From an uncultured Oligoflexus sp. (GTDB lineage Bacteria; Bdellovibrionota_B; Oligoflexia; Oligoflexales; Oligoflexaceae), in NCBI GenBank assembly GCA_964236955.1, contig CAXSGP010000001.1:68204-132203 (forward strand): DNA of 64,000 bases, given 5' to 3'. Below the pieces are notes generated by a model. It was not told the DNA's origin. It saw nothing but the letters and a program-made list of their open reading frames with translations, and did not search any database. Positions 9,700 to 19,929 of the stretch are shown in pieces. How positions within the stretch are numbered: the first letter of the stretch is position 1; every line of letters starts with the position of its first letter. The translations under genes were made by a program, and so were the position numbers.

Positions 9700-10860
9700 T
9701 CACAATGGGTTTCGAATCAGGTAGTCTTTGATCTTCAGATCCCAAATCTTCATTTTATCAGCCAATTCCTGAAACGCACTGGCCCGATAGCGCGAGAGGA
9801 TGGGATCTTCAGCATACGCATCATGGGCCGCCGCTTCTTTTACCTGAGCTACCAACACGAGCTTGTCCAACGGGAAATCGACGGAGAGCTTGGTGACCTT
9901 GGTGAGAAAGGCGTTTTTATAGCTGGCAATACCAAGGAGCCGCGTGAGCAGCGCATTGCGACCAGTCAGGTCCTTGACGGCAAACTCATCAGGTTTCTCC
10001 CAGATACGATCAAGGTCCCAAGGCACGGTGACGAGTTTTTTGCGATTTTCATCGAAAGCCAGAAAATAATTATTGTCAAACCCATCCCAGTGATTGAGAT
10101 AGACGGCAACTGCCATATAGGACAAAAAGCTATCGATATCAAGGATTGCATCGAGCCGGGCGGCAAAATAATCGTCGCGGGCCTCTAGCCAGAGAATTTT
10201 ATAGATCATCTCTAAAAACACATAGTTGTCTTTCCCTCTGCCTTCATAGCTAAAGGCTTCAGGGAGCTTCGAGGCAAATTTCTCATGAAAACTTGCATTC
10301 CCATAACGGGCCTTATAAATCTCATTGACTTCAAACTTGTGGACTTTGAAAAACTCCTTATCGATCGTCTCCATGAAGAGATAGACGCCGAGATATTTAT
10401 TGTTGATGTAAGCGGCCGATTGTTCGGCCATTGGCACCTCGAGCCCAAGCGATTTAAAGACCTCATAGCCGATCAGAGACCGAAGCATGGTTTTGTCCAT
10501 CGCCTGGGCACTCAATCTATAGTGAGAGCGTTTATGGTATTCTTTATCGCAGAAGTTCACGTCGTAGCTTTTCCGATAGGAATCAAGACTGGACCGTCCG
10601 GCATAGGAGGCGCTGCAATTCACCTCGAATTCCCCCGCAATACGCACCCCTACCTGGGCCGGGCGCTTCGACAGCAACTGCCCGTTGAGGAGCCCGTATT
10701 CTTCCGGGGTGATGTCAAGCGTTACCAGCCTCAGGCCATAACTTTGTTCCTCATTAAAATGTATGCCCTTACAGCCACTGGAAAGTGCGCCCAGATTAAG
10801 GACAAGGACGGCGCAAATCCTAGAAAGAATAAAGGGCCTCAAGCCTGGCAGCAGATTCAT
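9700..10860 (-). CDS. CotH kinase family lipoprotein
   Basis: Lipobox LSSGC after ATG 10860; GRSS..RKSYDVNF, YLGVYLFMETID, NHWDGFDNNYFL and VPWDLD CotH motifs. Confidence 0.88.
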   Translation of the reverse strand: MNLLPGLRPFILSRICAVLVLNLGALSSGCKGIHFNEEQSYGLRLVTLDITPEEYGLLNGQLLSKRPAQVGVRIAGEFEVNCSASYAGRSSLDSYRKSYDVNFCDKEYHKRSHYRLSAQAMDKTMLRSLIGYEVFKSLGLEVPMAEQSAAYINNKYLGVYLFMETIDKEFFKVHKFEVNEIYKARYGNASFHEKFASKLPEAFSYEGRGKDNYVFLEMIYKILWLEARDDYFAARLDAILDIDSFLSYMAVAVYLNHWDGFDNNYFLAFDENRKKLVTVPWDLDRIWEKPDEFAVKDLTGRNALLTRLLGIASYKNAFLTKVTKLSVDFPLDKLVLVAQVKEAAAHDAYAEDPILSRYRASAFQELADKMKIWDLKIKDYLIRNPL

Positions 10861-11842
10861 TATAGGTTCTCTTCTGGAGGTCAATCGGACTATTGGTACC
10901 CACCAATTCCACATTGAAGGCAATGCGTAGAGTGTCGAGATCGTAGCGTATACCCAAAAATCCGCCGAGACTGTTGTACCTGAGCTCACGGTGGTCATGA
11001 CTGACCCCGCTCAGGCCGACCAGGCCGCTCACGGTTTCGCCGCCATTCTGATAGAAATGGCGCCCGTATAATGTATTGATACCATTGAAATAAACCCTTT
11101 CGTCATCGTCAAAAACACTCTCATATTCCGTCTGGTTGGGGTCAAGGCCCACGACCCATTCCGCCTGCCACAATTTTTCGCTATCGCGATGCCAGATCGA
11201 ATTCATCATGGCCATCGCTAGCTGAGAGCCTTCCTGAATGCGATGGGTGCCGGCTTGAAACCAAAAGCCATAGCGAAAAGAGGGGTCGATATCGCTTTGG
11301 TAATTCCCTAGCAGCGATGCGTTTTGAGCCTCGGACAGACTCGCCGCCAGACTCCATTTATGATTGGGATCAGAATCGCCACCTTTCTCAAGAATCACCA
11401 AGGTTTCTCGACCTGTATAGTTAAAAAGATCCATACGGCGATAGATTAAGCTGCGTTCAATCGTCGGCCGCTCCAGGCGGCTTTCTTCATACTCAAGACC
11501 GAATCGTTTCTGATCGTATCCAAACTTGAGACGCAGGTCGTTATCAAATTTTTTATCGAGCAGCGCTTCGTTGACTTGGATATCGTCGGTTTTAGTCCGA
11601 AAATCAAGCTCGATATCCGCGCGCAGCCCGAGTTTTCGTTTGGTTTTGAACTCAAGTCGGGCTTCATGAAAGACTTCGCCGTTTTTAAAGTTTTCCGCTT
11701 CAAAAATCGAACGCACATAACCATCGATCTTCAATTTTGAAGCCTTGCTGGATTTATCGCCGGCATCAGCGTCATCGCCTGATTCGGCCAACCCGAGGCC
11801 TGGCCAGACCGATATTATCAACAGGAGAGAATACCGCATCAA
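10820..11842 (-). CDS. OprO/OprP-like phosphate-selective porin family protein
   Basis: Signal peptide; ARLEFK..ELDF..NEALLD..LKFGYDQKRFGLEYEESRLERPTIERS resembles the OprO/P GQxKxxFxLExxxS...ERS signature; C-terminal aromatic residue (YSF). Confidence 0.7.
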   Translation of the reverse strand: MMRYSLLLIISVWPGLGLAESGDDADAGDKSSKASKLKIDGYVRSIFEAENFKNGEVFHEARLEFKTKRKLGLRADIELDFRTKTDDIQVNEALLDKKFDNDLRLKFGYDQKRFGLEYEESRLERPTIERSLIYRRMDLFNYTGRETLVILEKGGDSDPNHKWSLAASLSEAQNASLLGNYQSDIDPSFRYGFWFQAGTHRIQEGSQLAMAMMNSIWHRDSEKLWQAEWVVGLDPNQTEYESVFDDDERVYFNGINTLYGRHFYQNGGETVSGLVGLSGVSHDHRELRYNSLGGFLGIRYDLDTLRIAFNVELVGTNSPIDLQKRTYNESAARLEALYSF

Positions 11843-11897
11843 CTCTTCTCATAGTGCGGCTCAGGACTTACGAGCCTTCGTTGTTCAGAGGGTGGCT

Positions 11898-12917
11898 TTA
11901 TCTTAGAACAGTTTGCGGACTCAGCCTATAGAAATTGTGCTGCTTTTTCGATGAAACATCGCTCCCCACAAGCCATTGCTTACCCACAACCACGAGGGCC
12001 TCGGGGCTGCGCACCTCACCCGGGAGGACATAGACGTCGCTGGCTTCAGCAGCCTTGCCGGGGCTAAGATTCGGAAATCTGTGGATAGTCAGACAAACTT
12101 CACTCAGCGCGAGCAGACTCCTATCTTCATCCAGTGCCAGATCACTGATATCGCACTTGCCATGTGCCGCAAGCATCCAGGTGCTCAAAGGCACCAGTTT
12201 CACTCGAAACTGCGCCTCATCGAGTTGAAATGCCTCCTCAGCACCGAGCACCGTTTCCGAGCTGAGACCCAAAGGCTGCTCCCCTTCGGGACCAAACTCA
12301 ACCAATGCCACGGGAAAGGCCTCCTTGGCAATCAGCACATGCCCACGCTTTAAGAGTATCAACCCCTCCCCTAAAGCATTCTTTCGGATCTTTCGCGATC
12401 CAATGGCGACAGCCTCGGAGAAGGCATTAACAAAATTGAACTGCAGAACATGCTCGATCCTGTCGATGCCTCTATTCATTACGACTATGGTCTGGGAATG
12501 TTCCTGCAGAGCAAAAAACCGATGCTCGCCGTCAACAGCGAGCGCCTCCCAGTTTTTGGTGAGCTTTTTAATGCTACGGCTGCATTCGTCAAAATCCTCG
12601 TTCTGACAAAGTGAAAAACGTTCGACGAGTATGTCCTTGAAGGAATAATCCTTGTCCGCGCCTTTGAGATAGATCTTGGATTTATCATCACCGATAAAGG
12701 CCAGCTCGGGTACCCCATTCTCTACGAAACTGGCAATGCCCGAGATTTCTTTGAGGGGAATGATCTCCTTGCTGATCAAGGTCAGCGGTTTGGCATCCCT
12801 TTGCAGACCGGTTTTTTTATGCTGATAGGTGACGCTGACGAAGACGATCAGACTCAGCAGGACCGCGACCTGAGCCATCAGCTTTTTTCGAAATGACCTT
12901 CTATCCCAGTGAACCAT
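11898..12917 (-). CDS. SdiA-regulated/YjiK-like beta-propeller protein (phytase-like fold)
   Basis: N-terminal TM/signal; repeated blade motifs EISGI, WEALAV, GEGLI..AKEAFP, DISDLAL..ALSE and PEALVV..VGSD. Confidence 0.75.
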   Translation of the reverse strand: MVHWDRRSFRKKLMAQVAVLLSLIVFVSVTYQHKKTGLQRDAKPLTLISKEIIPLKEISGIASFVENGVPELAFIGDDKSKIYLKGADKDYSFKDILVERFSLCQNEDFDECSRSIKKLTKNWEALAVDGEHRFFALQEHSQTIVVMNRGIDRIEHVLQFNFVNAFSEAVAIGSRKIRKNALGEGLILLKRGHVLIAKEAFPVALVEFGPEGEQPLGLSSETVLGAEEAFQLDEAQFRVKLVPLSTWMLAAHGKCDISDLALDEDRSLLALSEVCLTIHRFPNLSPGKAAEASDVYVLPGEVRSPEALVVVGKQWLVGSDVSSKKQHNFYRLSPQTVLR

Positions 12918-12928
12918 TGCTTTTCCTT

Positions 12929-13669
12929 TCAGGCGCCAAGTCTGTCGTTGGGATAAAAAATATTAAAACTTGCCTCGCGGTCGATTTGCGCCAAGGTCTC
13001 CGATATTGCATCATGTTTTTCCTTGCTCATCTTCGGGGCATTAAAGACGAAGGAGGTGATGCCATCATAGGTGCGCGAAGAGACAAACTCGGCATTGATG
13101 CCAAGCCTTGAGAAATGATTGCGCAGCTCCCCGATCGCTATTTCTTTTTTGCTGTTGAAGGTCACGATGGCAAAGCGATCTTTACCCCGGGTGCTCATCC
13201 CCCAGAGATTACGAATCAAAGTGAAGCCGAAGAGCATGCTGATGAGAACCGCGGCAATGATAAAATTCATGGTTGAGCAGGACACGGCGACAGCCAGGGA
13301 AATCACGATAAAACAAACATCTTCCGATCTTTTCACCGGCGTCCGATAGCGCACAAATGATAGCGAGCCCAATAGGCCAAGGGAGAGGATGACCGAGGAT
13401 TGAATGATCCAGAACGTGGCAGTCAGGGCCGGTGTCAGCAGGATAAGACTACGGGCCAAACCGCTGTCCTGAGGCTCATTGTCTCTAAAGTAGAGGGTAT
13501 AGAGCAGATAGAGAAGGATACCGAAGAGCATCGATACTCCCATGCAGAGGATAAAGCTCGGGATATCACCGTGAGCCATATTGCTGGCATCAAAACCATC
13601 ACTGAGATTCTCTAGCATTGTATCGATCATAATGTGTATCCTACCCGTGGCATCAATAACCGGCGACAT
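12929..13669 (-). CDS. DUF4956 family membrane protein
   Basis: SLGLLGSLSFVRYRTPVKRSED signature, 4-5 TM helices and a soluble C-terminal domain. Confidence 0.85.
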   Translation of the reverse strand: MSPVIDATGRIHIMIDTMLENLSDGFDASNMAHGDIPSFILCMGVSMLFGILLYLLYTLYFRDNEPQDSGLARSLILLTPALTATFWIIQSSVILSLGLLGSLSFVRYRTPVKRSEDVCFIVISLAVAVSCSTMNFIIAAVLISMLFGFTLIRNLWGMSTRGKDRFAIVTFNSKKEIAIGELRNHFSRLGINAEFVSSRTYDGITSFVFNAPKMSKEKHDAISETLAQIDREASFNIFYPNDRLGA

Positions 13670-14342
13670 CGCCGGTTTTCAACAGATTGAGACCCATGAA
13701 AAACTTGGAAAAGGATACCTGCGGCAACTTGGTCAGGCCAAGCAGCGGCAGATAGGGCCTGGGATCGGCAGTTTTTATCTCTAGGACATGATCAGGCAAA
13801 AAACCTTGCGTGAAACGGGTTTCAAGTCCATTTCCAAAACTGGTGACCTCGACATGAGTGTCGAGTGTCAGGCGGTAATCGTTGATACGGTAGCGGCGCC
13901 GATCATAGCGCACCCGTAGCGAGGGAATGATAATGCCGTAACGATTGGCGAAGGCCATGATCGCCGTATACATACCGGTATTCGCTTGCTCGGGTATAAG
14001 ATGATACCAAAGCGGGGCGTCCTGCCCCATCACCTGCATCGGTTTGATATTATCTTTGAGCTTGCGAATGACCGTAAGGTCTTTATCCTTCATCTGCAGC
14101 TGATGAAAAGCCCCGTCGCCATAACCCCGAATCCGGAATTTGCGCTTCTTATTCTCACCATTGAGGCATTGATTGTAAAAGATTTCATCGGGCGTATCAT
14201 AATAGATGGAATCGACGATGCCCCTGGGATAAGGATCACTTCCTCCATGGAGGCTTTCCAAAACGTCGATTACAAAGCGCAGGCTTCGTTCGCTGACAAG
14301 AAACTTGAATTCGTTGTAGGGAAAACTGACGACATCAACCAA
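13653..14342 (-). CDS. VTC-domain (polyphosphate polymerase-like, CYTH/TTM fold) protein
   Basis: EFKFLV, DSIYYDT, RKFRIRGY, VRYDRRRY, RLTLD, VLEIK and FSKF motifs; GGAGG RBS before the TTG start. Confidence 0.88.
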   Translation of the reverse strand: MVDVVSFPYNEFKFLVSERSLRFVIDVLESLHGGSDPYPRGIVDSIYYDTPDEIFYNQCLNGENKKRKFRIRGYGDGAFHQLQMKDKDLTVIRKLKDNIKPMQVMGQDAPLWYHLIPEQANTGMYTAIMAFANRYGIIIPSLRVRYDRRRYRINDYRLTLDTHVEVTSFGNGLETRFTQGFLPDHVLEIKTADPRPYLPLLGLTKLPQVSFSKFFMGLNLLKTGDVAGY

Positions 14343-14687
14343 AGCTTCCTCCCTCCGCTGACTCGCCGTCTCAATAGCTCCGAGCTAGTGTCAGTCCGAA
14401 AAAGGCGATGGCTGCGTTTCATCGGCAGAAAAAAATGCTCATTTATGGGAATAAACTCCGCTTTTTTTCTGCCTCGCGCCTCACCATACCCATTTTCGGA
14501 CAGACACGAGCTAGCACCGGCTAAACCTTGACGTCGCGTCCATGAATCAGAGAATGAGGATAGCGAGACAGCCCGCCGAGATACAGCGGATTCCGCCTCT
14601 AGCGTAAGAATTTTACAAAGCGGGCTGGAGCTGCGGCTGACTCCCGGGGGAGGGCGAGCCGGCGGGAGAATGCCGAGAACCGATAAC

Positions 14688-17600
14688 TTAAGCTACAGTG
14701 ACTCTGTTGCGACCCTCGCGTTTGGACTTATACATTGCCTCATCAGCCTTTTCAATGAGCGCCGCTTTATCGCGAAGGCCATCGGTAAGTGAGGACAGAC
14801 CGAGGGATATTGTCACGGTCAAAAGATTTTCGCCATGGGGAATCGCCAGGCTTTCCACGTTTTTCCGTATTCTCTCGGCTACGAGGAGCCCCATTTCGGA
14901 ATTGGTTTCGGGGAGGATAACCGCCATCTCCTCACCCCCGTAACGGGACACCACATCTGATTTTCGACAGGTATCGCGAATCGATTGTGCAACTTTCTTG
15001 AGCACCAGGTCACCGATCTGATGGCCCCACTGATCATTGAATTTCTTGAAGTGATCGATATCAATGAGCAGGAGCGACAGATTGCGAAGCTGCCTTTGCG
15101 ATTGCAGGAGCTCCTGCTCAAACATATTTTGAAAATAATCATGATTAAAAAGACCCGTGAGACCATCGGTTGCAGCTTTCACCGACAGTTCCAACCGACC
15201 CGCTGCGGCGAGACAGATAATCTCCAGAGTTTCGATGCGTTCCGATGTGAAGGTGCCACTGGCCCTGTTATTCTCAAGATAAAGAAGCCCGACGATTTGT
15301 GCCTCGGCACCAATGCCCACTGTGATGGGGATACAGAGTAAAGAAAGGATATGACCATCACGCACATAGGGCTCATTGTGGAGGCCAGGCAGGAGGTCCT
15401 GGGTTTCGCTGGCATTGTCTATCACCAGCCCCTTGCGCGAACGCTTCACAAAGTTTACAACCATGCGCGACACACTGTGGCTGTGATCGACGGCTGTCGA
15501 TTGCAACACCCGAGGCTGATCGTGGTCGATCGAACTCTCGCCCTCTATGAAAAATTCGCCGTCCTTTCTTAGGATGAGGACCCCCTTCTGAGCGCCGGCA
15601 AATTCAATAGCGCTGGAAATAATTTTTTCAAGCATGCGCGAATGCACATTTTCCTCAGCTATTGCCAGCAGCGCCCGCTTTAAAGTAGTGATGTCGATCG
15701 TCGATGAAGACATTGTGGCCAATGACCCCGTCAGGGAACGATCACCTGAACTGCTGGTCAGCATCTGCGGAAAGCGTTCTTCAAGTTGCCGCACTTTCGC
15801 ATCCGCGCCCCAACGCCGGTAGTTATACCCTGCTCTTTTCATATAGGCGTTGGCTGCGGTGTGCCGCCCATGTCTTAAATGAAACTTGGCGGTGAGTTCG
15901 TTCGCCACGGCTTCATCCTGCAGGTACTGCTCAGTCCGCGATCCGGCGATCGCCCGATCATAGAGGGTTTGTGCCTCATAGGGTTTGCCACGGATCCCCT
16001 GCCACTCGGCTTTGATCAGGTCATATTTATGCTGAAAGTTCATGGGCGCTGTTTTGATCCATTTTTCGTATTTTGCCAAAACCTTTTTTACCGTCGCTTT
16101 GATGCGGGAACGCTCTTCGGATTTGGCCCGGTCCCACAGCTGGATTTCAGCAAGGGCATAGTAATAGTAGAACACAGCACCGGACAGTGTGCCCATTGCC
16201 ACTTTAAAATGGGGCTCGGCAAGCCGGGCAAATTTCACCGCTTCGTGAAACGCATCAAAATGGAAGGCAAGAATGAGTTTATAGAAATAGGTATTGAAGA
16301 GCCCGCCCCTATCATGGTTGCGCTCATAAATTGCCAGCATACGCTCTTCGTCGAAGGTATCCCCTCGCAAATTATAGGGCACCGGGCGCGGCTCGCTGAA
16401 GTTGATCACCATCTGATGCAGGACTTTAATCTGATCTTCGTCTACTCTTTGGCCAAGCTGTTCGATCACTTGCGTAAACTTCATGAGTTCGGTGCTAAAG
16501 GCTTTGAGTTCAGAACCTGTGAAAAAACTTCGGTTGCAATAACCGGCCGCAGCATGGGCCGCAAACTCAAAGTCCCCACCGTCGAGACCAGCCTGGTGAG
16601 CTTGCAGAAGGGGAGCCATCGTCAGTCGAACATGATCTTTCCAGGGCCGAATGAACATATTGAAACAGACTAGGGTCGCCGCTTCAATCTCCTTGGCCTT
16701 CATCCTGTCAAAGAGCTTAATGCCAAGTTCGCCGAGCCGGTAGCCTTCCTTCACGTCGCCGACCATAGCGGCCATAATCATACCATAGGTCGTATAGGCC
16801 AGAGCCGACGTGGAGCTGTTGCCATGCTTGAGAGTTTTTCTCACGAGTCGGCTCGTAATAAGGGGAATCTGTTTTGGAAAGAAAAAGAACAAGGCCTGAG
16901 CCATAGAATAGAGAAAATGCATGCGGGCCAGTTCAATGGGGTCCTTCATCGCCGGAAGTTCAAGGAGTTGGTCCTGCGTGAAGCCTCGCAGCTTCCACTT
17001 GGTGAGGAGCAGGGAGGAGGCGACCCGCAGCATACTTGGATTCTGAGGAATTGAGATATCCAATTCCCTGAGTATGCGCTTGCCAATCGTGATCGCTTCC
17101 TGCATGTCGTTCCTGGAAATCGCGGCGTGGACAAGCGTCTCGTAGGCTGGAATCTTTTCGAGCAGCGTGCGCCCGTGAGACAATGCCTTATCCACATATA
17201 CCTTCATTGTGTCGTAAGCTCTATTGAGAAAGGCGACCTCGGCCGCTTCCCGATAGGTGCTGAGAACGAGATCGTAAGAGCTTTGCCAATCTTCAGCCTT
17301 CTCAAGTTGAAGGGCCGCCTGCAAATACTCAAGCGAGGTCTGATAGGCAGCTGAAGCCTTGGCCTTCCTTGCCGCATGAAGGTTCAACGCCATAAGTTCA
17401 AGGCGTTCTGCTTCCGTTTGAAGGTATGCCGTACTCGCATTCAGGTGATTGACGATAGCAAATACGTAGGCGTCAAGGCGGTCTTTTTTATGAAGTTTGA
17501 TCAGTGTGCATCCGACGCGATGGCGAACGAGTATTCGTTCCTCGTCAGGAATCAGATCATAGGCAGCCTGCTGAATGCGATCATGTCCGAACTGGTATTC

Positions 17601-19676
17601 GACAGTAACTTCCCTGCCATCAAGGGGAATATCGAGTTCGACCCATCGATGGCCGTCCCCTACGGGCACGATAAGGCCTTGGGTTATGGCCTCACGGAGA
17701 TTAGCCACTATTACTTTCAACGGCTGGTCCGCCACGGCCGCGAGCGTCACGAGATCAAAATTCAGGCCGATGCAGGCTGCGAGCTGCAGGACGTGGCGAG
17801 TTTCAGGACGCAGTTTTTTAATGCGCGAACTCATCAATTCGATCACATTATCAGTCATATTTGCAGCACGGATCTTTTCCAGATCCCAATCCCACATTCC
17901 CTTATCCGGATTGAAATAGAGCAGTTGGCTGGCGTAGAGGGTCCATAGGAATTCATCGGTAAAGAAGGGGTTACCCGCCGTTTTTTCCATGACGAGTTCG
18001 GCGAGGTTCTGAACTCTTTCGATCGTGCTGTAGGTGGCATCGGCGATCAGCTGGGTCACCTCGGAAAGCTCTAGGGAGAAAAGGCGCAAATGATCAACCC
18101 TGACCTCGGCGACCTTTAATTCATCAATGAACAGGTGCAGGGGATGATGTTCGCTCAATTCGTTGTCGCGATAGGAGCAGACGAATAGCAGATGATGAAG
18201 GCGCTTATCCTGAAGGAGCATATCGATGAGCTTCATCGAGGCGCTATCGATCCACTGGAGGTCGTCAAGGTGGATAATCAGAGGATGTTCAAGCTGACAG
18301 AAGACACCCACAAAATTACGAAAGACGAGTTTGAAGCGGTTTTCGGCTTCGGTCGGCCCAAGAACCTGATAGCCAGCCTGCGGGCCGATGATGAGTTCCA
18401 CCTCGGGAATCACCTCGATCATGATCTGACCGTTGGGGCCGAGGGCTAAGAGCAGCTTTTCCTTCCAGTTGGCTAGCCCCTGCTCGCTCTCACCGAGGAC
18501 TTGCCTGATGAGTTCGCGAAAGGCATCGACAAATGCTGAATAGGGAATGCTGCGGCGGAACGCATCGAACTTGCCGCTGATGAAATGCCCGCCGAGAGCT
18601 GCCACCGGTTTCTGCATGCCCCGGATGAGCGAGGTCTTGCCCACTCCGGAGTAGCCCGAGACAAAGCAGAGTTCGCGACCACCCTCGCGGCAGCGCCCGA
18701 GGACGCGGGACATCGCTGCTGCTTCTTTCTGCCGGCCATAGAGAGTTTCCGGAATATGAAAGCGATCGGGGATATCCTGCAGGCCCAGGGGAAATTTATC
18801 GATTTTCTGAGTGTCGCGCAGAGAGCGAAAGATTTTTTGCAGATCCTGGACGATACCCCAGGCACTCTGATAGCGATCTTCAGCATTTTTACTGAGCAGG
18901 CGCAAAATAAGATCCGATAGGATCTCAGGAATCTGGGGTGTCAGATTTCGAGGTGGCAGGGGCTTTTTAGCGATATGAAAATGAATGAGGCGAAGCGCAT
19001 CATCGGCCTCAAAGGGCAAGCGGCCCGTAAACAACTCGTAGAGGGTAACACCAAAGGAATAGAAATCACTGCGATAGTCCAGGTATCGGTTCATGCGTCC
19101 GGTCTGTTCGGGCGACATATAAGGCAGACTACCTTCGGTTATGCCATGGGTATGGGGATGGGCCTGCTCACGAAGCAGGCAGCTTGAGATCCCGAAATCT
19201 ATGACACGGACCTCACCATTGCCTCGGTCATAGAGGATATTGCTGGGATTGATGTCCTTGTGAATAATATTTTTCGAATGAATTTCCACCAGAGCGCGGG
19301 CCACTTTCTGCGCGACGTCCAAACCTTCAAGCAGGGCCAGCGGCGACTCATTCAGCAGTCGGGCCAGCGACGTTCCGCCACAATCTTCAAAGACCAGCAT
19401 GGGGGAGCTAAGATGTTTATCGAAAGCCAGAGCTGTGGGCGTACACTTGAGTTTATTTTCGCTGAGTATGTTCCATTGATTTTTGTAGCGAGCGATTTCA
19501 CTCCGTTCCTGAAAGCCATCCTGTAAGATTTTGAGGATCACCTTTTTGCGGTCGGATGTCCGCTGAGCCTTAAAGATATGACTCCTTGTGCCTTCAAAGA
19601 TACGGACCAGTTGGGTATACCCCGGCACCTCTTCCTGCGGGCTTTGATAGGAATTCAATGATTTTGCCAATGCCAT
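14688..19676 (-). CDS. Multidomain Ser/Thr kinase - AAA/STAND ATPase - helical repeats - GAF - GGDEF diguanylate cyclase
   Basis: HKDINPSN, DFG, YMSPEQTGRMNR; Walker A GYSGVGKT and Walker B LDDLQWID; GAF SLLCIP..LYLENN; DGLTGLFN, DIDHFKKFND, RKSD I-site and RYGGEEM. Confidence 0.93.
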   Translation of the reverse strand: MALAKSLNSYQSPQEEVPGYTQLVRIFEGTRSHIFKAQRTSDRKKVILKILQDGFQERSEIARYKNQWNILSENKLKCTPTALAFDKHLSSPMLVFEDCGGTSLARLLNESPLALLEGLDVAQKVARALVEIHSKNIIHKDINPSNILYDRGNGEVRVIDFGISSCLLREQAHPHTHGITEGSLPYMSPEQTGRMNRYLDYRSDFYSFGVTLYELFTGRLPFEADDALRLIHFHIAKKPLPPRNLTPQIPEILSDLILRLLSKNAEDRYQSAWGIVQDLQKIFRSLRDTQKIDKFPLGLQDIPDRFHIPETLYGRQKEAAAMSRVLGRCREGGRELCFVSGYSGVGKTSLIRGMQKPVAALGGHFISGKFDAFRRSIPYSAFVDAFRELIRQVLGESEQGLANWKEKLLLALGPNGQIMIEVIPEVELIIGPQAGYQVLGPTEAENRFKLVFRNFVGVFCQLEHPLIIHLDDLQWIDSASMKLIDMLLQDKRLHHLLFVCSYRDNELSEHHPLHLFIDELKVAEVRVDHLRLFSLELSEVTQLIADATYSTIERVQNLAELVMEKTAGNPFFTDEFLWTLYASQLLYFNPDKGMWDWDLEKIRAANMTDNVIELMSSRIKKLRPETRHVLQLAACIGLNFDLVTLAAVADQPLKVIVANLREAITQGLIVPVGDGHRWVELDIPLDGREVTVEYQFGHDRIQQAAYDLIPDEERILVRHRVGCTLIKLHKKDRLDAYVFAIVNHLNASTAYLQTEAERLELMALNLHAARKAKASAAYQTSLEYLQAALQLEKAEDWQSSYDLVLSTYREAAEVAFLNRAYDTMKVYVDKALSHGRTLLEKIPAYETLVHAAISRNDMQEAITIGKRILRELDISIPQNPSMLRVASSLLLTKWKLRGFTQDQLLELPAMKDPIELARMHFLYSMAQALFFFFPKQIPLITSRLVRKTLKHGNSSTSALAYTTYGMIMAAMVGDVKEGYRLGELGIKLFDRMKAKEIEAATLVCFNMFIRPWKDHVRLTMAPLLQAHQAGLDGGDFEFAAHAAAGYCNRSFFTGSELKAFSTELMKFTQVIEQLGQRVDEDQIKVLHQMVINFSEPRPVPYNLRGDTFDEERMLAIYERNHDRGGLFNTYFYKLILAFHFDAFHEAVKFARLAEPHFKVAMGTLSGAVFYYYYALAEIQLWDRAKSEERSRIKATVKKVLAKYEKWIKTAPMNFQHKYDLIKAEWQGIRGKPYEAQTLYDRAIAGSRTEQYLQDEAVANELTAKFHLRHGRHTAANAYMKRAGYNYRRWGADAKVRQLEERFPQMLTSSSGDRSLTGSLATMSSSTIDITTLKRALLAIAEENVHSRMLEKIISSAIEFAGAQKGVLILRKDGEFFIEGESSIDHDQPRVLQSTAVDHSHSVSRMVVNFVKRSRKGLVIDNASETQDLLPGLHNEPYVRDGHILSLLCIPITVGIGAEAQIVGLLYLENNRASGTFTSERIETLEIICLAAAGRLELSVKAATDGLTGLFNHDYFQNMFEQELLQSQRQLRNLSLLLIDIDHFKKFNDQWGHQIGDLVLKKVAQSIRDTCRKSDVVSRYGGEEMAVILPETNSEMGLLVAERIRKNVESLAIPHGENLLTVTISLGLSSLTDGLRDKAALIEKADEAMYKSKREGRNRVTVA

Positions 19677-19707
19677 GTCAAGCTCCGCCTGTTCGTAGGT
19701 CTTCTCG

Positions 19708-19734
19708 CTATCGGAGTTTAGTACGGAGCCTTTA
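19708..19734 (-). promoter_or_regulatory. sigma28 (FliA)-type promoter
   Basis: TAAA-N15-TCCGATAG ending about 30 nt upstream of ATG 19676. Confidence 0.6.
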
Positions 19735-19929
19735 AAAATTTCCCGGCCGAAACAGTCCGGGGAGGAGCGCGGCGCTTTGAATGATCGGCAAAAACCGCGA
19801 AGTCCCCATGGGGTCGCCAGGACTTAGCCGAAGTCACTGAAGTCTTGCCGCAACTTCAGAGCTTTGCTAGGCTAGACTGGTTCGCGTATCCTTATAGCCA
19901 TTTCGTATTGCTCGCTTTCGAGGATTTCT

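Noticed and set aside
10861-10998. Longer CotH N-terminus
   Set aside because: Deep overlap with the porin gene; ATG 10860 gives a proper lipoprotein signal
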